From contig OZ037766.1 in assembly GCA_964035545.1 (NCBI GenBank), positions 10,964,722 through 11,028,721 on the forward strand: a stretch of DNA of 64,000 bases, in the 5' to 3' direction. The translations under genes were made by a program, and so were the position numbers. This DNA is from Bugula neritina. Its lineage: Eukaryota; Animalia; Bryozoa. This document shows, piece after piece, positions 39,561-51,405 of the stretch. How positions within the stretch are numbered: the first letter of the stretch is position 1; every line of letters begins with the position of its first letter. The notes below the pieces were generated by a model. The model worked only from the letters and a program-made list of their open reading frames with translations. It ran no database searches and was not told the origin of the DNA.

Positions 39561-40625
39561 CACTAGTGCAACTTCACAATAATTATGAACATCATATCTA
39601 TTCCTATCTGCTAGTATCTTGCTATAGTTCAGTTATGTAATGCTCGTTCTTATATCATGAGTGTTAAAACTTGATTATTCATTGTTGCTGAAAGGGATTC
39701 GTTTTGTACATAAAGTTGGAAGGTTGCAACGTTGCAATCTTTGCATGTTGCTGCACTACTTTAATGATGGTTTTATTATTATATTTCACACAGTTTAAAA
39801 GTGCAGCTTCTTAATTACTTTATTCATACTGCTAATCTGTGATAGAATTAAAAAATTATAACAATTGATTAATCTAATCTATAGACAAATGTCTTAATTG
39901 CTGCCACGTTGTGCTTTCTCTGTTTCTTCGCTGTCAAGCATCATTACAAAAATAATTTATTTCTATTTTTGTAGCTTGTCTTGATTTGTAAGTCTTCCAG
40001 CTCCACGCTATGTTGCTTATTTTTAAATTTGAGAGCTGCATATCATTTCTATAATTTATTTAAATTTTGTGTGCCTGACTTATGTCATGTTACTTTAATA
40101 GGAATGACAATAAAAGCATTGTATTATTATGAAATATAACTGATGAATATAAACTAGAAATATTAAATTTTAACTAACCTAGAATGTCAGGTAACAGCGA
40201 TATAATGTTGTAATTACAATAAACAATCATGAGCTTGGTGTTGAACTGTAGTATTGCATAAATTATATTTCTATATGTTATAATTGTATTTGTCATAGGA
40301 AATGTACCGTTTTTGTATTACTGCATATAAAAGACACAAGCTATTTTAACATACAAACTTTCTGGATTTCTGCGTGCAGAATATAGGAAATAAATAACCT
40401 GTAAACTATAATGTACCTATGTAATGCAAATGAGTGTTACAAAAAACCTCAAATTACTAAAACTCAGTAGTTAATTCTGTGTTGGCCTACATCTCACATG
40501 CAACACAACTACTCTATAGTATTGGCCTACTGTCATTTAGGAGATATTGTAGTGAATTTTAGCGTATAATAATTTAGATTTGCCTTTCCAATTTTTCATT
40601 TATTATAATAATTTTTGTGCAATCA

Positions 40626-40988
40626 TGTAAGCCGATCTTGGATGAGAATGGAAATAGTGAGAATGTCGGGATCTCTGACTGGGTTTAGGGCATTCGATTG
40701 TCGGATCTGATCGGACTCAATCGAATTCGATCGGGCATGTCGATGATTCCGACATCTTCACTGGAACCTCGATTTTCAGACGTGATCGGCAGAAATTTTT
40801 CGAAGGAACTTTTTCCCCAGTATATAAGGGGGCGAGCTCGCAGAGTAGATCAGTTTACCACTGAAACTCGCCAGATCAAGACACACACACACAGATACTC
40901 ATATACCTTATAATAAAGATTATCTTGTTTCTTATATTCTGGAGTTATGCTCCCTACTTAATTGCATTCTACCCACAGAACTACTACA
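40626..40988 (+). mobile_element. Candidate solo LTR (Gypsy-like)
   Basis: TGTA...TACA termini, CpG-rich U3-like part, TATATAAGG at 40821, AATAAA at 40912; no clean target-site duplication. Confidence 0.55.
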
Positions 40989-41265
40989 ATATATTTATGT
41001 TGAATTTTAATGAGTTTATTACACTGGCATGCTAATAACACACTGTTGTGTTGTCGGATGATCATACATCTTTTTAAAGAACATAGGAAGTTCTGTATAA
41101 ATCTAACAGCCTTTAATTTCAAGAGTATTTGTCATTAGCATTTTCCAAAATCATTGTGAAAGAAACTTAGTTTCTATTTTTTTTGTGCAAGTCAAGACAG
41201 ATGTTAGCAAGTGAATTCTGTACAACAGGCTTTTATAAGTGTATCACATGGCATATCATATTTCA

Positions 41266-41267
<2 letters not shown>

Positions 41268-41348
<81 letters not shown>
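41268..41348. repeat. (TA)n microsatellite
   Basis: About 40 AT units. Confidence 0.98.
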
Positions 41349-41356
<8 letters not shown>

Positions 41357-44300
41357 ATTATAAATACTATAGTATACTATAAAAAACCCAAGGTGCTATA
41401 CTAGTGCTAAGCTAATCCAGTTTGAGTATATATATCAGGCTGAGTTTTTCTGAACTTTCATTAATTCTTAACAATTATTTTGTGACAGTGTATCCAATAC
41501 ATTTTAGTTTCTGTTGCCACAAAAATTTCTTTGAAAATAATAGGAAACTGCAAATATGAGGCTGGTGAATCTCATGCAGGGAGAGACTAAGAGCCACTTA
41601 TTTAGTGTGAAAATATAAGGTTATACTATTAACAGTCCACATGAGATTCTCCAATCACCAAGATTTGAAGGCTGTCAGTTGTGCCAGCTCATTTCAAACC
41701 ATTCTTAAAGTTAGTGGTGAACTTCAAGCTTTTAAAGTGACACAAAAGCAGCTTTGCCCATATGCATGCCTTTTCTATAAACACCCCATTCACCAGCCTA
41801 GCCAAGTTAGTTATTCATATTTATCAGTGCTTCTGGGATACATGCTATGTAATGTCATAATGTCATCTTTAAAAAACTTTCTCTGGAAGTCTGAAGAAGG
41901 GTACTAGTCATGTGGAAGAAAAACATTTAAACCACACACATTTATTTAGCTTCAGCATAAAATGTTTTAACTATTGGATGCTTCTAGTTTACCTTCCTGT
42001 TTTTTAACTATTGTCAGATCATAGAATACATAATGTTTTGTGTTTTTGCAGAGTAGATACTGTACCATGACGTTATATATTTACAGTGAATAATATGCTG
42101 GTAATGGTTATAGTAGAGTTAACAATTTGAGTAGGCTATCCGTGGTAAATAATTTACCAAATAAGTGTAATCTAATAAAGAGGTAGTAAATTATAATATA
42201 ATTCTCAGGAAGTTCTTGGAAAGTGTGCATTAAATAAAAAGTAAATAATTATAGATGTATGAGGTCTTCTTTCCTTTTTTATGTTCAACTCTTACTTCTG
42301 TATTTCACGAGTTATACCTTTAAGAGATTCCACCAGTTCACTGAAATATGGCTTCGCCGGTGCTGATGTTTGCCTGTCTCCTTGAGACTTTCAATAAGAT
42401 GACTGCTGTGACAGGTTGACGTAATTATAAATTATAATATCTGCTCCATCATGGTATGTAGACTACACTGTATCTACAAAATCCAAAAAAGAATATGGAA
42501 TACATATTCTGAAAGTAATAGACTGTTACAATTGAGGACAGTTGGAATTGAAATATGCAAATTTAAATAAACTAAGCATCATGGTCTTATATGAAACTTG
42601 CTCTAAACAAGAAACGCATATGACTTCTAGCTCTTTGAATAATGCAAATATGGTATGCTTAGTAATATGGTATTATACAAGTGATTGTAGTATAGGGATA
42701 ATTCTACGTACATACCTTGTTCATGTGTTGGGATTTGTAATTTTTACCTCTAGTTCTTACATGAACATCAATTGGTGAACAAACGTGAATAAAATTGGGA
42801 TGTATATATGTATTCTGTCATACTAACATATGGATGATATTTATATGCTTGATGAATTATACAGATTTGGTATAACCTGGTGTTTGCCTCACTTATAAAA
42901 CTCAATATTTACAAAAGTCAACACATGAACAACAACTAATACATATTACTATATATGTTATATAATTTTAGACTATGGGTTGTGGTACAATTAATGCTGG
43001 TATAGCTTATGAACCTTAAAGATCCTTATACGATCAAAGCCAAGAAGTCCTTATCAACGACTCCTTTCCTATTACATTATTTAGTCTAAAGCTGCGCCAA
43101 CCAGCAAATTGCTTAGTTGATCAAAGCCAACAAGTTCATGTCAACAACTCCTTAACTTTCTTCAAAACTGAAAGCTGCGGCTCAACTAGCAACTTGCTTG
43201 GTTGATCAATCGATTTAGAGTTATCGCTGATACCCTGAGAACCCAAAACTTCATCAAGAGGCAGCAACAGTAGTTAGCGATTGGTCAATAGTTGGAAGGT
43301 TGGCGATGTTCGATGATTGGAAGAGTTATAGTGTCGCACAACTTATATTATTTTAAATGTATACAAAATTCATAGTTTCATTCTTTTAGAGAGGGAGGTC
43401 CTAAATTTGTCTCACGAAATTTATAACTATCACATCACATACACCATCACATAATATGCATAGAGCCACACATATTGTTTATACATGAATAATATTGCCA
43501 AGCCAAACTAAACATAAACATTTGTCGAGCGGAGATAACTCCTATCTTCATTCTGCAAGCTGAATTACACACACAAAATTATAAAAGCAAAATTATAAGT
43601 AATATCCAAATTTTTAATCAACTCACTTGATAAATTCCTTACCAATTATTTATCAATTAAAAATTTATTCTAATAAATGCATGAACTAATATTATTAAAT
43701 TTATTTTATTTTATTTTCGTTCGACACTATGAGCAGAGCTCATCTATAATTTTCAATATTACAGATGTTTGAAATATAGAGTTGCCTAATCAAATGATTT
43801 AAAGTTGATAGAAAGATAACTCTTTTACATTGAACACATAGGGGTGTACATTCACTGAACCTTTTCCAGCTAGCCTGCGCGTGTTTTGCATATCTGAAAG
43901 AATGCTAATTCGATATAAATACTTCAGTATAAGTTCGAATAAAAGTAATAGATCTGTAGGTTCTTGTGCTACGGCAATTTCCCCATATTAGTAATTTTTA
44001 GTTTCGGTTTGATCAAACGTAAATAAATTACAAGCTGAAGCAGTATACGCTATACAGTATACACGTTTAAACTAAAATTACACTTTTCTATTTTCGCACT
44101 CACTATTACCATGAATTTGATGATGTTCATATCTTAAAATATGAATTAAATTGTATTTTATTGTTTAACCTAATTTTAAAACTTAGAGTTAAAGTAAGAG
44201 GAAGACCTAAAGTTAGACATAGACTAGGTTTTACTTTAACTTTTAGTTAAACTAAAAGTAAAACTTTAACTTTAAGTTAAAGTAACTGTAAGACTAAAAC

Positions 44301-45455
44301 TAAAAGTTAGTTAAACTTAATCATAATGATGATCGCAATAATAATAAGTTAATCATAAAATTAAAGTTATATTTCTAATGCGAAACTAAAAGTAAATTTA
44401 AATTGGCACTACCATCAGTACCATGATGATGATGCATGGCAACGCCGTGCATGTAATTGTAATACTAAAACTTAAGTCTTAAAGTTAAACTGTAAAACTA
44501 AAAGTAAAACTAAATCAAAATGGGTAAATCACTAAAAGTAAATGCCCTTATTATTGATTATTCATGATTAACCCATCATAATAAAGGCATTAGGATTATC
44601 ATTATCATTATGGTAAGGTTATACTGAATATGTTTATAATAATGCTATGGTCATGACTCATGATGATCCTCAAATGTCATGCAGCGATCTTTATACTTCA
44701 TCTTACTGTTAGTGTTAGTGCTAGTAAGTGTAAGTTTAAGTCTCACTGTAAATAACAGTATACTCATAGTTCATACTAAAACACTCAAAGTAAAAGTAAA
44801 TGATCTGATAATAATTATTGATTATTTAATATGCCTTGACTTTCACGGGTGATGATAATAATTGTCATAGTTATAGGTGAGAGTCACAATCATGATAGTG
44901 AAAAATTATAATATTCACATAAAACTTTGAGCATTCATGTCTTCAGTAGAAGTAACTTCACTGCAATGAGTAGTAGTTATAATGTTAGCTGCATTCATCT
45001 TCATTGACTTACTTCATCTAACTGCTAATATGTGATCTAGCTATGAAATATATATACTAAAAAACCTGTGTAACTTGTGCTATTTTTTAAAGTTACATCC
45101 TAGCTTTGCAACTGTAAGTGAATTGATGCTAATTTTATAGCAATGCTTTTAGCTGATCTACTCTAGGAATATATTATTGTTATTTAGATTATGATCAATA
45201 TTTTTTTGAAAGTTATCATTCAATAATAATTGTTTATTGCTAACTTACAATGATAATTCAAACAAAGATAAAATATTTGTTAATTCAACGATATAGCTGT
45301 CTTCATTCTATATTTATTATTAAAAGTTCTCCAACATTTTGTTTTTTCAATTCTTTGTAATATTGGAGTATCCTGTCATTATAGGGGCTATGACGATCAT
45401 TTGGAGTATCGCTGTCTTAAAGGACATGTGCATGTGATCACTCAGTGTATTTAAA

Positions 45456-48400
45456 ATGGTCAACAGAAAGGTAATGAACTCCTAGTTAGAGACATCATAA
45501 TAGCTTCTTGAGCTCTCACCTTTTTTATACAAATAAAATGTGTTGCTATGTCTGAAAGTTACATGCTCTTATATCTCTTTTGTATTCATCTTAGTTTTTT
45601 AGTCTCCATTAAACTCTGAAATTTTTTTCTTTGTCTATTTCCATACACACGCTACTTTGCCGCTTCACACTATAGTGAAATGGATATTCAAAGATAACGA
45701 GATTCGGCCCAAAATTAGAGACATTTAAAAAAGAATGTGTCTGAAAAAAAGAAGTCATTCCTTGCAAAAAAAGTTATCTTTTCAAAATACTTTCAATAAT
45801 GTGTGCTGTTAACTAAAATAGATGGACATAGTGAAATTTTTTCAACAATTATACCTTGATGACAACTTTGAATTTTGAACAATTAATGAAAATTAAATAG
45901 GTCTGTGAAATCAAAACCAACAAGTTCTTTGGTAGCTGAGAAAGTCGATCTCTATGAATTATGGGCTGCATATCTAGCGGATATATTTGCTGCACCAAAT
46001 AACCTGAATTTTAAAAATAAAAAGGTACAATCGTCATGTCAAACTTTTCATGAAATCATCAACCCTTTCAAACCTACGCTGAAATGTGATAGACTCAGAA
46101 AGTTTTTTCCCTAACATTCAGTGAACTTTCAAAAGTAGAACTTAGTTCAGATTGTCTTTCAAAAGAAAAATTTTAATTTCATTTCTCTATTTTCAGAAAA
46201 GGGTATACTTAACTTGACTGGTCGCTTATTTTGATGATTTGTTGCAAGTGACTTTACAGGAGTTACAATAGGGCCTAATTTACTTCAATTAACATTTTCC
46301 AATTATACTGCTTGACATTAAAAAGTTTTAATAGCTATAAAATTAGGTTTTTCAAGAAAACATTTGTAGGAAATTCTAATAATCATTAGAAATTGTTTTT
46401 AAATTACCTCAAGTTTCTTGTAGTATTGAATGAGTTGTAATCATGAAAAGTTTTTTATACTTAGTACCATGCAGCCAAATGTGTTTTGACAGCTTTATGG
46501 AAGCTTGAAGGACACGTTTGCCTGCATTATGTTATACCTTATTGTAAGATAACAAAATGTCCATAAAATAGATGTACCATAGAATTCAGATATTTCATTT
46601 GAGTGAAATGAGTGAGTCTTGAACTTTTTTATGGTACATATAAGTGGTAAATGGCTAAAAAAAAAGCTGGACTTCATCTGAAGTTTTTGCAATAAGACTA
46701 TTTTGCACATGTAGTATTTGCTATTACAGAGAGCACCTTGGTGGAGCAGAGAGGCTAATTCCGCAGCGCTTGGCTCAAAAAAACCTAAATCCTATGTTGG
46801 TCAACGATTGTCTAATAATGTGAATGGATCAACAGAAACCTCATCAGTGTTATCAAATACTGCGGAAGAAAGGGACTTTAATAGGAAAACTGAGTTGGCC
46901 AGCAACATCGACCCTTATAAGTCATCTGATATAGATAATAATCAAAATTCATTAGTTTGTAATGATGCACCTGGGGTTTCTGTCGACTACAACCATACTC
47001 TTGTTGGAAACACGGTCTACGCTTCACCATGTAGTTTGAATTCAGGAGATGTAACACCTACCAAGGATGAAGAGCCTGTATGGAAGATTATTGATAATAC
47101 AAATGATGAAACTGAAGGTCCTATTGAACATGAAGATTTTGGTGAGCTGATTGTTACAAGTCAAAGTGGTGATCTGCCTGAAAACACTTGCTCTAATTCC
47201 TCATTACCTAACCATTCCTCCACCTCTGCATTTGAAAGTGCTAATACTGGCAATGCAGCTCCTAATGCTAACGCTACTGTTGCTACAAATGATGCGTCAT
47301 CTATTTGTGTTGAAACCGGTGTTCAGTCGACATCTGACACTTTGGTATCTCCGATTTCAAAAATAGAAAGTGATGTTAAAAAGCGTTTGGGATCTGTTGA
47401 TTCTACTAGATCCTCAATAACAATGAGCTCTGGCCAGAGTTCTGTAAGCTCCAGTTCTTCTAAACACAAAAAGTCTCATCATAGTGGTCGCCATTCAACT
47501 AAAAGTTCTCATGAAAGTGATCAGAGAAAGTCTAGATCCAAGAGTCGTGATGATGATCATAAACATGAACCTCCCAGAAAGTTACGCAAATTAACGGTAG
47601 CCTATGATGAGCTGCGAGCCAAAAATGGTACAGCACTTCCTGCACGAACCTACGATCCTTTGAACCCATGGGACAAGTACTCAGCCTTTGGTAGAAGAGG
47701 TGATAGGACTAAACATCTGTCAAGAAAATATTATGTTTCTAAATTTGCTAAACATGGAGAGAGTTCCGCTTCATTTACCACAAAGAATCGGAGCTCGTCA
47801 AGTTTAGAAAAGTCTAGTTTCAAAAAGGAAATGTTTGATTCATCACACAGTAAAGATACTTATAGTAACCCAGTATCAAAAGAAGATGATGTTAAGATTA
47901 AAGTTTTTTGTGAAAACAGTACAAGATCCGTCAAACCAGATACCACTTCAAAATCCCATTCCTCTGCAAATAAAGTATTTTACTCTAGTGATACTAGTAG
48001 ATATTCTAGAGCAAAATCCATCCTCTCTGCCCATAAACGGAAATCAGTTGTAATTAAAAAGCAAGAAACTAAAGCAGAGGGAATCCCTCGAATGATGACA
48101 GATGGGGATGGAATTGGAATCCTAAAGGTAAAGCAGAATCAAAGAAAGATGCTTATGAACACTTGTGTAAAGGAATACTATATGGAACCTGATGGATCAC
48201 TAGCCAAGGGAGTGAAGCCGTTGTTGGCGTTTAAAGTGGCTAACCCGCAGTTTGTATCTGAGTTTTATGAAAAGAAAACTGAAATACAGAATAGGCCAGT
48301 GGTAAGATTGTTTATGTAGTATCCGCATGAGAGAAACCGTTGTGGTATTATGAAATTTTGATTGTTTTTGGTGCCTTTGATTTTATCTATCTACTAACTA

Positions 48401-50696
48401 ATCATTTTCGAAAATCAGTAGAAAACTAGTTTTGTAACAACAGCATTTCTACTTTAAATATCCTTAGTTGATGTTCAATTCTCTAACGTAGTTCTTGCTA
48501 GAACTTTTATCAATTTGCAAATCACAATATATTTGAGGCTTTGGAATTAAAATTTATGCGATTGGGTTTAATGTTTGTAGGATTATTTTTATTTTTAAGA
48601 ATTTTTGTGAAGCCTTTCAAAATAAGCTTCAACAATCCTTTTTAGAGTTGAATTTTTAGTACAATATTCAAAACTCTTTTGCTGCCCATTGCTTTATTCT
48701 GCATTTTATATGATGAACTGAACTGAACCTTAAACATATATTTGGGACATACTATACTCAGCACCTTTTACTTTTAGCTAAATGGTTTAAAAATCAAAAA
48801 TGGTAATACAAAAAGTTTTGGCAAGACTCGAAAACTTTAACTTTCAATTGAAAAGTAGTTGCCAAGTATAAAACGGGATTATTTGAAGTTGATTATGATA
48901 GTGGATCAGGAAAGAGTTCACTCAAAGTATTAAACATTACTAATGATCACATGATTCTATTATCGCAGAGTGACTCTGAAATGGTTTACAAGCTAATGAA
49001 GGAAAGATTTGTGTTTAAAGTCAAGCTGGGTTTGGATAGACTTGAACAGTTTGTCACAGATGGCATCACTGTGAATGGTCAAAGAGCATTTTTCTCGCAG
49101 CATCGCCACATGGACACTATTTACAAGGTGCACTATCTGGTTTCATATGTTTTAATATTCATTGCTGTGATGTTCATTTATGAACTCTATTATCAGAGAT
49201 ATCGGTTTGAGGTTAAAGAATCAACTGTAGAGCTATGGCTTGTATGATTTCATCATTGTTTCTACTTGTATCCTACGATGCAGACTCCCATTCATGTGCT
49301 CAACTGTCTCATACATTTTTATTCCTTTGTTAAAAGTTACACCATCATCACCATCAATTAAGATGTGAACTGGCACTTGAGATATTAATTACAACTATAT
49401 ATTATGTGTGTGAATAGGTAGCTGATATATTCTTTATCTTTTCTTTTAACTGGAGTGCCATGTAAACTACCATGCTTCAAATGTATTTATTATTTGATCT
49501 GAAAGGTTTTCTTAGTTAGAATAGGTTTGTGTAAAAGTGATATAATTTTAAGAGCCATGTTTTGGGAAAAACTCAGTGGAGCGTAGAGGTCAAAGTGGGT
49601 GTGTCCTATGACTTCTTGCTCCTACATCCAAAACTCAAACCCACATTTCAGACAAAATCCCTAGTTGATCAAATTGATATTCCAACCAGCACTTCTCACT
49701 TCCTTGTACTCACATCCTCTTACTAAACATAATGGCAGTAAGGCATTGTCCGGGCATGCATGTACAATGCTTGGGTGCCCGTACAATGCTTGCATACAAG
49801 TACAATACTTGTATTGTAAATGTGTGTCTTTGTAGCTTTTTCTCAGGTGATAGTTCAAGTGTTTTTCCAACTAACAATTGTAATGAATGTCTCCTTGCTT
49901 TACATGAGTTTGATTTTGTTGAAAGAATGCTGTGTTGCTGTACCGCTATGCTGATGCTTGCCTCGGATGGACTAAATTGAAGTACTTTCCAAAGTCGACT
50001 CCAATAGTTCTTCTGGTACACAAGGTAGATTAGTCACTCATATGCATTGTACAGTATCCAGCACTTGTATGGATATATTCTGTGTAACGAATGTTAAGGT
50101 TAATTTACATTCGTAGACCAAACAAATCATATTTATTTTGTTCTTCTTTGACAGATAATATCAACAATGATAAATATGTTTTCTATTATAACTTTAGTAA
50201 TTCATTCTTCATTTATTCAAGGTGACATCTAGTGAATACTGGCTGGTTGCCTATCTTTTTCAGTTACTATTTGAACAGGTTTTCAAAATTCTTGAGAACA
50301 ATAAATAATTTGCCGTTACTCTATTGTAATAGTGTAGATTGTTGTATGTTGCCTTTGTTTTTGAATTGAAAAAAAAGTTGAAACGCCTCCCTCAAAAAGT
50401 CTATATAACGTATTTTTCACTAGCATTGTCATAAGTTATAAGTGATTAAAGCCAAAGTTGTATGTGGTATCGCAATAAGTAAAGTGATGTCTTTGATAGG
50501 TTGTCTATGGCAGGACCAGAACATTTCCGCACATTACTGACACCCAGTATATTAAACGAACTCATCACTGTGACTGCCTTAAACAAACTCGCTTCAACAT
50601 AGAGCTTCATGGTGATGATAAACTTCGCATGAGCCTGAATGCTAGTAAGGTAATAACACCCAACTGTAGCATTCTCTTTTGCAGGCAACTCCTTGC

Positions 50697-50755
<59 letters not shown>

Positions 50756-51364
50756 TCCCTCTCCCTCTCCCTCTCCCTCTCCCTCTCCCTCTCCCTCTCC
50801 CTCTCCCTCTCCCTCTCCCTCTCCCTCTCCCTCTCCCTCTCCCTCTCCCTCTCCCTCTCCCTCTCCCTCTCCCTCTCCCTCTCCCTCTCCCTCTCCCTCT
50901 CCCTCTCCCTCTCCCTCTCCCTCTCCCTCTCCCTCTCCCTCTCCCTCTCCCTCTCCCTCTCCCTCTCCCTCTCCCTCTCCCTCTCCCTCTCCCTCTCCCT
51001 CTCCCTCTCCCTCTCCCTCTCCCTCTCCCTCTCCCTCTCCCTCTCCCTCTCCCTCTCCCTCTCCCTCTCCCTCTCCCTCTCCCTCTCCCTCTCCCTCTCC
51101 CTCTCCCTCTCCCTCTCCCTCTCCCTCTCCCTCTCCCTCTCCCTCTCCCTCTCCCTCTCCCTCTCCCTCTCCCTCTCCCTCTCCCTCTCCCTCTCCCTCT
51201 CCCTCTCCCTCTCCCTCTCCCTCTCCCTCTCCCTCTCCCTCTCCCTCTCCCTCTCCCTCTCCCTCTCCCTCTCCCTCTCCCTCTCCCTCCCTCCCTCCCT
51301 CCCTCCCTCCCTCCCTCCCTCCCTCCCTCCCTCCCTCCCTCCCTCCCTCCCTCCCTCCCTCCCT

Positions 51365-51405
<41 letters not shown>

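Noticed and set aside
41183-41404. IYIY-repeat ORF
   Set aside because: (TA)n microsatellite.
45670-46190. Possible DNA-transposon remnant (ATAGTGAAATG..CATTTCTCTAT ends)
   Set aside because: Terminal match too short and imperfect; no TSD or second copy in the window.
49732-49980. Cys-rich 82-aa ORF
   Set aside because: Overlaps the 49926-50024 exon in a different frame; the family-like motif (LLYRYAD) is in the other frame.
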